A DNA stretch of 64,000 bases from Bacteroidales bacterium. GTDB taxonomy: Bacteria; Bacteroidota; Bacteroidia; Bacteroidales; VadinHA17. Positions 20,201-27,167 of the stretch are shown here, in pieces (the stretch's first letter is position 1; each line of letters opens with the position of its first letter). The stretch is taken from positions 19,330 through 83,329 of the forward strand of contig DATGYZ010000007.1 in NCBI GenBank assembly GCA_035297425.1, in the 5' to 3' direction. The translations under genes were made by a program, and so were the position numbers. The notes under the pieces were generated by a model. It made no database searches. It was not told the origin of the DNA and saw only the letters and a program-made list of their open reading frames with translations.

Positions 20201-23200
20201 TATGTAATGAGACAACCGGAACCATAACTGTCACATCTCCTGTTCCTGCTGCAGGCTTAACATATAGCATCGATGGAGTGACCTTTACAAATACAACCGG
20301 CGTATTCACCGGCGTTGTACCCGGAACATCCAGTGTGACCGTCAAAAATGCTGACGGATGCGTCTCAGCTCCCACTTCAGTCACAGTTAATACTGCTCCC
20401 GAGAAACCTGCCGCTCCCATTGCTAGTGTCACACAGCAGCCTACATGCGACATACCTGCCGGGACGATAACAATAACATCACCAGCCCCTGCTGCAGGTA
20501 TCACCTTCAGTATTAATGGCGTGGACTATACCAATACCACAGGTTTATTCACAGGTGTTGCTCCCGGAACATATAACGTGACTGTTAAAAATGCCGCAGG
20601 TTGTGTTTCTGCCCCGACCGCCCTTACCGTAAACGCTGCTCCCGAGACACCTGCTGCTCCTACAGCTTCTGTAACACAGCAGCCCACATGCGAGGTGGCT
20701 ACAGGTACGATAACCTTAACTGCTCCCGCTCCCGGCGCTGGAATATCCTTCAGCATAAACGGAGTGGATTACACCAATACATCGGGCGTATTCACGGGTC
20801 TTGTTCCGGGTACATATAACGTCACGGTTAAGAATGCCGCCGGGTGCGTCTCTGCCCCGACTGCCCTCACCGTAAACGCTCTTCCCGGCGCACCGGAGCA
20901 ACCAGGACTCTTTACTGCATCAGCCACTACTGTTTATCAGGGTTCTGGCAATGTTGTCTATACTGTACCGAACGATCCTCTGGCAACTTCATACACATGG
21001 ACCTACAGTGGCTCCGGTGCGGTAATTACAGGAACGGCGAATTCAGTCACTGTCAATTTCTCTGCTTCTGCAACTTCAGGAATTATCTCAGTAACTGCTA
21101 ATAATGGTTGCGGATCAAGTATAGCAAGAACTCTTGCCGTGACAGTCAGAAGCCTGCAATCGACCGATTATCTGCTTCAGGTCCTGAATATGACCCAGCC
21201 GACTTCCAATACTATTGAATTCGATGTTTACCTGCTTGACACAGATCCTTCGATACCGTTCGAACTGGCATCAGTTCAGCTGGGCTTCCTGCTCAATTCT
21301 GGTATTTATACAGGTGGCACCCTCACTGCAGCAATAAGCAATGCTGGGTCAGGACTGAATTCTCTTCAGCAATTCACCGCTTTACCGAGCGTTGAACCGA
21401 CCCTTGCTGGCTATCCTGGTCAGACACTTATACGTCTTGCAGGAAAAACACCTCCCGGTACTGGAAACGGGACAATTATTTCCACCTCAGGTTATGGCAC
21501 CCTGCTGACGCATTTCATACTTACAAGCTCAGTGCCATGGTCAAACAACACCAGACCCGAGCTTATCTTCAACTCTAGCTCAGCTTTAAACCCACTTTAT
21601 GCTACACGCTTATCTGAGTATATTGGGGGAATTAATACAGGTCTTGTTGTCACCCCGGGGACAAATGCACTGGTCTGCTGCAATCCGATGCTCAATGCAT
21701 CTGCTCCTGTCGCCTTTAATGTCACAGGAAGCGGTACATATTGCGAAGGGACACCAGGGCTTTCAGTAGGGCTTTCCGGTTCCGAGACAGGCGCCAGCTA
21801 CCAGCTCTATAAGGACGGCTTTGCATCAGGAGGCACAATTGCCGGCACTGGCGCTGCGCTTAATTTCGGAATACAAACTGCAGGTACCTATACAGTTACC
21901 GGAACCAACCTGAGCGGAACAACTCCAATGACAGGCAGTGCAGTATTAACTGTTACGTTACTGCCAGCTCAGCCCGGCAATTTCACAGCCTCTGCTGCAG
22001 TAGTTTACCAGGGAGCTTCTGATGTCGTATACACTGTTCCAAATGATCCTTCGGTAACGTATTCCTGGAGTTACACCGGATCAGGAGCACTGATCACAGG
22101 TAGTACCAATTCTGTGACTATCGACTTTTCGGCTACCGCAACATCTGGCACATTGTCAGTTACTGCGACTAATAGTTGCGGTACCAGTATCCCTAGGACA
22201 TTAGCTGTTACTGTAAACAGTCTGTCAACAACTGACTACCTGTTACAGGTTCTGAATTTGACTCAGCCGACCGATAACACAATCGAATTTGACGTCTATC
22301 TTCTCGATACTGAACCCTCACAGTCATTCCAGCTTGCTACTATCCAGATCGGACTATTGCTCAATTCCGGAATATATACAGGGGGTTCGCTTACGGCTAC
22401 CATTAGCAATGCAGGATCGGGACTTCTTCCCCTCCAGCAATTTACTGCAGCGCCCTCTGTTGTCTCGACCCTAACAGGGTACCCCGGACAGTCATTGATC
22501 CGTCTTGCCGGTAACACACCTCCGGGTGCAGGTGGTGGAACGATCATCGCCACCTCGGGCAACGGAACATTACTTACTCATTTCATACTGACAAGTACAG
22601 TTCCATGGACACCTAATTCCCTTGCAAACATGGCGTTTACCTCAAGTACGGCTTTGTCACCACTCTATGCAACCCGTATATCGCAGTACGTTGGGACTAC
22701 TAATACTCCGCTTGTGGTTATACCCGGTACGAATGCACTTGTTTGCTGTAATCCTCTGTTAAATGCCGGGGCTCCAGCAGCCTATGCAGTAATCGGAAGT
22801 GGTGCATATTGCGAAGGAGGGACAGGTTTGTCAGTTGATCTAGCAGGCTCACAATTGGGAGTTGACTATCAACTATTCAGAAATGGACAGGCTTCAGGAG
22901 TTCTTGTTCCGGGAACAGGCTCATCAATCTCCTTCGGAAATCAGACAGCCGGCATATATACTGTTACAGGGACCAATATCTCCGGATCAACACCAATGAC
23001 AGGCAGCGCAGTTATAACAATGACACCATTGCCAGTCCAGCCGGGTGATTTCACGGAATCAACATCGGCAGTCTGTCAGAATACCTCAGGTGTCTTATAT
23101 ACCGTTCCGAACGATCCGACTGTAACATACAACTGGTCATACTCCGGAAACGGGGCGACGATAAACGGAAGCGGTAATTCTGTCACGGTAGCCTTCTCTG

Positions 23201-25026
23201 AAGCTGCGACATCAGGCAATCTTTCGGTAAGCGCAACCAATACATGCGGCACCAGTATTCCCCGGACTATACAAGTAACTGTCAATCCACGTCCGGCCCC
23301 TGTTATCTCAGGCCTTACTTCGGTTTGTGAAGGCACAACAGGAGTTGTTTATTCTACCGAACCGGGAATGACAAATTACCAGTGGATTGTTTCACCGGGC
23401 GGTACAATAACAGCCGGTGGAACTAATACGGATAATACTGTCACTGTAGCCTGGACAACAGCAGGAAACCAGACCATCAGCGTCAATTATAGTTCAGGTA
23501 GTTGCACAGCTGTAAATCCGACAGTCTATCCAGTAACTATTAATTCACTGCCGGCACCAGCCGTAGCTGATATTGTTCAGCCGACATGCGCTGTCCCGAA
23601 TGGTACTATTACTGTGACATCACCATTGTCAGAAGCTGGTTACAGTATTGACGGATTGGATTACACCAACACATCGGGTGTCCTCACAGGTGTCGTCCCG
23701 GGTACTTACAGCGTCACCATAAGGAATGCTGCTGGGTGCGTCTCTGCTCCTGCTTCAGTAACCGTCAACGCTGCTCCTGAGACTCCTGCTGCTCCTGTTG
23801 CCAGTGTTACTGCACAGCCTACATGTGCTGTGGCTACAGGTACAATAACCGTAACATCACCCGTCCCGGCTGCAGGTATATCTTACAGTATCGACGGAGT
23901 GACATACACCAACACATCGGGTGTATTCACAGGTGTTGTCCCGGGTACTTACAGCGTCACCGTAAGGAATGCTGCTGGGTGCGTCTCTGCTCCTGCTTCA
24001 GTATTAATAGTAAATACTGATGGACGACCAGGAATTCCCGGTGATTTTACAGAGGTCAGCACATACATGTGTGCCGGAAATTCTGCTACTTACGCCATAC
24101 CGAAGAATCCTTCAGTATCATACATTTGGGATTACAGCGGGGAAGGAGCCACTATAACAGGAACCGGGAATAGTGTGACAATAAGTTTCTCAGCAAGTGC
24201 CACATCCGGGATCCTTTCAGTTGCCGCTCAAAATTATTGTGGAATAAGTGATAGCAGAAATATTCTGATAACTGTAAGGCAACTGCCTGGTCCTGCCGGT
24301 CTTATATCAGGCCTCACCAATATCTGTCAGGGAACAAAAGGGGTTGTTTACTCGGTCAACGAAATACCTAATGCAGTTCATTATATCTGGACGGTTCCTA
24401 AAGGAGCAAGCATTGTAGATGGGAATGATACAAGAACCATAGTAGTTGATTTCTCAGCAAGTGCTGTATCTGGTGAGATAACAGTTCAGGGATCAAAGCT
24501 TTGTGGTACCGGTAAAGTTTCACCTCCTCTTTATGTGACAGTAAATGAAACACCCTCAACACCTGTCATCAGTCTGGTGGAAAACGTTCTTCACAGTAAT
24601 ACACTGTCCGGTAATCAATGGTACTTAGATGAGACTGCAATTGTTGATGCAGAGGGTAATAAATACACTCCGGCAACAAACGGAAAATACTTCAGTATAG
24701 TTACCCTTGATGGTTGCAGTTCATCCAGGTCGAATGTTATAGATTTCACTCTTCCAATTAAGGAAAAGAAAGAGCTTGCAATCGATATCTGGCCAATACC
24801 GAACAGAGGTAACTTCACTATGACTCTTGAATCCGAAGATAAAGAGACTTATAATATAACAGTCTATAATCCCGGAGGTATGAAGCTTTACGAGAAGAAG
24901 AAAATCATCGTGAATAATTCTGCGAAGATACCTTTTGACCTGGGTGCATTACCGGCTGGTACATATTACATCCGGATATCCGGACCATCAGGCACATACA
25001 CAAGGACTATTATTCTCTCTAAGTAA
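17203..25026 (+). CDS. giant (2607 aa) modular cell-surface protein, T9SS substrate
   Basis: Signal peptide. Four ~178-aa A modules, each followed by Cys-containing Ig/PKD-like B and C modules. Seven SprB-like repeats. C-terminal T9SS sorting domain. Confidence 0.85.
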   Translation: MKKLGIGLYRAMMLITSLLLLPAEAKADQNDFKIQVRNLTQPTDRTIEFDVYLLDTDGLQQFELGSVQLGFLLNSGIYTGGILSATIDNTGSGLNATQQFSAAPSITTTLAGYPGKTLIRLAGKTPPGAGGGTIISTTGDGTLLTHFVLTNTVPWVANQTPDIVFNSSTAVNPLYATRVSQYIGTTNTAMVVTPGTNALICCNPALNAAAPVAFSVTGTGSYCQGGIGLPVGLSGSEAGATYQLLKDGIPSGSPVPGTGSPLAFGNQTAGTYTVTGTLGTTTTPMTGSAVITETLPPLQPGDFTTSSPVVYKGTQGVVYTVPAVAGATTYTWTYTGSGATFSGTTNSISINFSATATSGILSVSANNSCGASVARTLAITVNSILPSDYLLQVLNLTQPTNNTIEFDLYLKDTEPSIPMQLATIQLGFLLNSGIYTGGALTTSINNTGSGLNPSQQFTAAPSVVTTLTGYPNQTLIRLAGSTPPGAGSGTIISTGGNGTLLTHFTLTSTVPWTPYSLANLTFTSSTALSPLYATRISEYIGTTNTPLEVIPGTNALVCCNPALNAGPPTAFAVIGGGAYCEGGTGLPVDLAGSQVGVSYQLFKDATATGSPVAGTGAAISFGNQTAGTYTVSGTNPAGTTPMTGSVVIAMNPLPLQPGDFTVSSSTVCQGASGVVYTVPADASVTFNWNFTGTGATLTGSGNSVSVNFSSTATSGNLSVTATNTCGTSIARTLAITVNPTPVPTIAGLTTACEGTTGVVYTTEAGMTAYQWNISTGGTVTAGGTSTDNSVTVTWSVAGSQSVSVNYNNGNCTAATPTLYPVTVNPVPAIPVASVSQQPTCALPSGTITITSPAPAAGITFSINGVDYTNTTGLFTGVAPGTYNVTVKNASDCVSPATPLTVNAVPGAPAAPTASVTAQPTCAVSTGTITVSSPAPGASIFYSINGTTYTNTTGIFSSVPSGTYSVTYKDGSGCISSPATVTVNTAPATPAAPVAVPTHPLCNETTGTITVTSPVPAAGLTYSIDGVTFTNTTGVFTGVVPGTSSVTVKNADGCVSAPTSVTVNTAPEKPAAPIASVTQQPTCDIPAGTITITSPAPAAGITFSINGVDYTNTTGLFTGVAPGTYNVTVKNAAGCVSAPTALTVNAAPETPAAPTASVTQQPTCEVATGTITLTAPAPGAGISFSINGVDYTNTSGVFTGLVPGTYNVTVKNAAGCVSAPTALTVNALPGAPEQPGLFTASATTVYQGSGNVVYTVPNDPLATSYTWTYSGSGAVITGTANSVTVNFSASATSGIISVTANNGCGSSIARTLAVTVRSLQSTDYLLQVLNMTQPTSNTIEFDVYLLDTDPSIPFELASVQLGFLLNSGIYTGGTLTAAISNAGSGLNSLQQFTALPSVEPTLAGYPGQTLIRLAGKTPPGTGNGTIISTSGYGTLLTHFILTSSVPWSNNTRPELIFNSSSALNPLYATRLSEYIGGINTGLVVTPGTNALVCCNPMLNASAPVAFNVTGSGTYCEGTPGLSVGLSGSETGASYQLYKDGFASGGTIAGTGAALNFGIQTAGTYTVTGTNLSGTTPMTGSAVLTVTLLPAQPGNFTASAAVVYQGASDVVYTVPNDPSVTYSWSYTGSGALITGSTNSVTIDFSATATSGTLSVTATNSCGTSIPRTLAVTVNSLSTTDYLLQVLNLTQPTDNTIEFDVYLLDTEPSQSFQLATIQIGLLLNSGIYTGGSLTATISNAGSGLLPLQQFTAAPSVVSTLTGYPGQSLIRLAGNTPPGAGGGTIIATSGNGTLLTHFILTSTVPWTPNSLANMAFTSSTALSPLYATRISQYVGTTNTPLVVIPGTNALVCCNPLLNAGAPAAYAVIGSGAYCEGGTGLSVDLAGSQLGVDYQLFRNGQASGVLVPGTGSSISFGNQTAGIYTVTGTNISGSTPMTGSAVITMTPLPVQPGDFTESTSAVCQNTSGVLYTVPNDPTVTYNWSYSGNGATINGSGNSVTVAFSEAATSGNLSVSATNTCGTSIPRTIQVTVNPRPAPVISGLTSVCEGTTGVVYSTEPGMTNYQWIVSPGGTITAGGTNTDNTVTVAWTTAGNQTISVNYSSGSCTAVNPTVYPVTINSLPAPAVADIVQPTCAVPNGTITVTSPLSEAGYSIDGLDYTNTSGVLTGVVPGTYSVTIRNAAGCVSAPASVTVNAAPETPAAPVASVTAQPTCAVATGTITVTSPVPAAGISYSIDGVTYTNTSGVFTGVVPGTYSVTVRNAAGCVSAPASVLIVNTDGRPGIPGDFTEVSTYMCAGNSATYAIPKNPSVSYIWDYSGEGATITGTGNSVTISFSASATSGILSVAAQNYCGISDSRNILITVRQLPGPAGLISGLTNICQGTKGVVYSVNEIPNAVHYIWTVPKGASIVDGNDTRTIVVDFSASAVSGEITVQGSKLCGTGKVSPPLYVTVNETPSTPVISLVENVLHSNTLSGNQWYLDETAIVDAEGNKYTPATNGKYFSIVTLDGCSSSRSNVIDFTLPIKEKKELAIDIWPIPNRGNFTMTLESEDKETYNITVYNPGGMKLYEKKKIIVNNSAKIPFDLGALPAGTYYIRISGPSGTYTRTIILSK
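17293..17826 (+). repeat. A module copy 1 (cohesin-like candidate)
   Basis: DFKIQVRNLTQPTDRTIEFDVYLLDT ... GTNALICCNPALNA. Paralogous copies at 18364, 21166 and 22234. Confidence 0.8.
18364..18897 (+). repeat. A module copy 2
   Basis: DYLLQVLNLTQPTNNTIEFDLYLKDT ... GTNALVCCNPALNA. Confidence 0.8.
19690..20895 (+). repeat. five tandem SprB-like repeats (about 240 bp / 80 aa each)
   Basis: QPTCxxxxGTITxTSPxPxAGxxxSIxGVxYTNTxGxFxGVxPGTYxVTVKNAxGCVS recurs with starts near 19711, 19954, 20193, 20434 and 20674. Confidence 0.8.
21166..21699 (+). repeat. A module copy 3
   Basis: DYLLQVLNMTQPTSNTIEFDVYLLDT ... GTNALVCCNPMLNA. Most similar to copy 1. Confidence 0.8.
22234..22767 (+). repeat. A module copy 4
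   Basis: DYLLQVLNLTQPTDNTIEFDVYLLDT ... GTNALVCCNPLLNA. Most similar to copy 2. Confidence 0.8.
23566..24018 (+). repeat. two tandem SprB-like repeats
   Basis: QPTCAVPNGTITVTSP... and QPTCAVATGTITVTSP... A 98-nt stretch at 23663-23760 recurs at 23906-24003 with 4 mismatches. Confidence 0.8.
24784..25023 (+). other. T9SS type-A C-terminal sorting domain
   Basis: IDIWPIPNRGNFTMTL...YNITVYNPGGMKLYEKK...LPAGTYYIRISGPSGTYTRTIILSK fits the Por-secretion CTD pattern. Confidence 0.75.
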
Positions 25027-25042
25027 GAGAACCAGCATCTTC

Positions 25043-25087
25043 AAAAAAGGAGACCTTACAGACAAGTTCTGTAAGGTCTCTTGCTTT
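25043..25087. terminator. bidirectional terminator hairpin between convergent genes
   Basis: aaaaaa-ggagaccttacag-acaagtt-ctgtaaggtctc-ttgcttt. A 12-bp stem with A/T runs on both sides. Confidence 0.7.
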
Positions 25088-25127
25088 AAATCAGGCTAAG
25101 GGTAGCTAAATTTAATCCCCGGGACAA

Positions 25128-26795
25128 TTAATTGTTCTTTGAACCCTCGAGAATCCAGGTAATCAGGATATTCTTCTTATCTGCAGGCACACCTGAAGAA
25201 GGATGCCCGCTATTTACTTTCTTGTAAATCTTACCGTTTGTTGGTGTCGTCAGATCGATGTGACCGGAATTTACCAGGTTTGCATGAAAGGTTGATGGAT
25301 TTGACGATGGTGTCCAGCTATGGTTATGACAGCTGTTACATAAATTCAATATCGGAACCACATCTGCTGAGAATGATTTACCTGCGGAAGCTGTCGTAAA
25401 TGTCCAGGAATAATTTGTGGCGAGCGAATTTCCTGCAACATCCTTAACAGCTGTTGTTATTGTGCAGCTATATGAAGTACCAGGTAAAAGAGCAGCAGTA
25501 GGAGTAAATGTGGCAGTATTCCCTGACCAGCTGATAGCACCCGTTATTGTGGAGCTTCCCTGCTTTAAAGTAAAGGAAGAAGAGCTGACAGATGACTGGC
25601 TCATCGGTTCACTGAACGTGACCGAAGGTTTGATGCTTGTAGCTACACCTGTCGCATTTGATGCCGGATTAACAGATAAAACGGTGGGCGCGACATTATC
25701 TGTTGCCGCAGCAGTTGAAAAGGTCCAGGTATAATTTGATGCCAGCGAGTTACCAGCAACATCTTTAACTACTGTGGTTATTGTACAGGTATATGAAGAT
25801 CCTGTTAAAAATGCTGCAGACGGATTGAATGTGGCAGTATTTCCTGACCAGCTGATTGTCCCGGGCACCAAAGTACTCCCCTGTTTTACTGTAAAGGAAG
25901 AAGAGGTGAAAGATGACTGGCTAATAGGTTCACTAAAGGTAACTGATGGCTTAGTATTTGTTGCGACACCAGTTGCATTTGAAGCAGGGCTCACAAATAA
26001 TACAGTGGGAGGAATGTTATCAACTGTTGCTGCTGTTGTAAATTCCCATGAGTAATTGGATCCTAATGCATTCCCTGCAACATCCTTTACTGATGTTGTA
26101 ACGGTTGCTGAATATACTGTACCATTCTGTAGAGCTGAGGATGGAGTGAATATGGCTGCATTTCCTGAGTAACTTACAGTCCCGGGAATCAGATTGTTCC
26201 CCTGCTTAAGAAAGAAGGACGATATGGAAATTGTCTGGACATTAATTGCTTCGGAAAAAATAACTGAAATTGTGCTATTTGTCAGAACCGATGTTGAATT
26301 ATTAGCAGGTGTAACAGACAGAACTGAGGGAGCCTGAACATCGGGTGCGGGACCTGTAGTAAAACTCCAAATGTAGTCTGTTTCAAGGTAGTTACCAGAA
26401 ACATCCTGCAAAGCTGTTGTGATAGTGCATGTATATAGCGTTGAAGGCTGAAACGAAACTGATGGTATGAAAGTGGCTTTCATTTCCGCATATGAGACAG
26501 TACCTGGTATCACATTATTTCCATTTCTGACTATAAAAGCTGATGACAATGTTGTTTCATCAATCTTTTCGTTGAATGTTGCCTCCGGCGTAGAAGATAC
26601 TGCAATTGTTGAATTGTTTGCCGGACTTACGGAAGTTATTTCAGGTCCGGTTAAATCCGCCGGAGATTTGTCGATCTGTTCTTTTGTACACCCATTTATT
26701 ATTAAAATAAAAGCAACAATAACAACGGAAATGAAGAACGGAGGTTTTTTTCCTGAATTCTGTGAAAAGAATTCCAATCCTTTATTTGTTTTCAT
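25128..26795 (-). CDS. lipoprotein with four Big_5 (SbsA-type Ig-like) repeats and a C-terminal CXXCH cytochrome-c-like domain
   Basis: Lipobox (IINGCTKE). Four roughly 105-aa repeats PxVLSVxPAxNATGVxT...VTFSEPxSQSS...GTxSWSGNTATFxP...YxCTITTxVKDVAGNSL..NYxWxFxT at about 25391-26654. CNSCH at 25326-25340. Confidence 0.75.
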   Translation of the reverse strand: MKTNKGLEFFSQNSGKKPPFFISVVIVAFILIINGCTKEQIDKSPADLTGPEITSVSPANNSTIAVSSTPEATFNEKIDETTLSSAFIVRNGNNVIPGTVSYAEMKATFIPSVSFQPSTLYTCTITTALQDVSGNYLETDYIWSFTTGPAPDVQAPSVLSVTPANNSTSVLTNSTISVIFSEAINVQTISISSFFLKQGNNLIPGTVSYSGNAAIFTPSSALQNGTVYSATVTTSVKDVAGNALGSNYSWEFTTAATVDNIPPTVLFVSPASNATGVATNTKPSVTFSEPISQSSFTSSSFTVKQGSTLVPGTISWSGNTATFNPSAAFLTGSSYTCTITTVVKDVAGNSLASNYTWTFSTAAATDNVAPTVLSVNPASNATGVATSIKPSVTFSEPMSQSSVSSSSFTLKQGSSTITGAISWSGNTATFTPTAALLPGTSYSCTITTAVKDVAGNSLATNYSWTFTTASAGKSFSADVVPILNLCNSCHNHSWTPSSNPSTFHANLVNSGHIDLTTPTNGKIYKKVNSGHPSSGVPADKKNILITWILEGSKNN

Positions 26796-27050
26796 AAAGT
26801 TAATTTTAGGTTTAAAATGATTTTTCCGGTAATATATTCTAAACCCTGTAATGAATTGATTATTGCGCGGAAAGGACTCCCAACCCTAATTTATAAAGAT
26901 TCTAAATCTAATTCTTCTTTCGGGGAAATTATATTCTGTGACGGCAAACCCGGACAAATATACGACCTCTTATTTTTGAGGCAGATAACCTGGCAAAAAG
27001 AAAATTAAAGAAGAAAAAAATAATCCTGGAGATGTATATACGTTATAAAT

Positions 27051-27107
27051 ATATATTATATTACATATTATAATATATATTATATTACATATTATAATAT
27101 ATATTTT
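27051..27107. repeat. A/T-rich 24-bp tandem repeat, about 2.3 copies
   Basis: tatattatattacatattataata at 27051-27074 repeats exactly at 27075-27098, then a partial copy follows. Confidence 0.85.
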
Positions 27108-27167
27108 ATCATTTGAGCACACATATATTACCTGTTTGTATTTATTATAGGAATTACAGACACTTTC

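Noticed and set aside
19875-21101. Multiple 60-134-aa ORFs in other frames or on the other strand within the giant gene (e.g. 20100-20504, 20526-20756, 19875-20207)
   Set aside because: They are by-products of the repetitive Thr/Gly/Ala/Pro-rich coding sequence. Each is fully embedded in the 2607-aa frame, which has coherent domain structure and a T9SS CTD.
25417-26820. Plus-strand ORFs 25417-25734, 25774-26055 and 26467-26820
   Set aside because: They are antisense to the well-supported Big_5-repeat gene. They repeat one another only because the sense gene is repetitive. They have no signal peptide or other motifs of their own.
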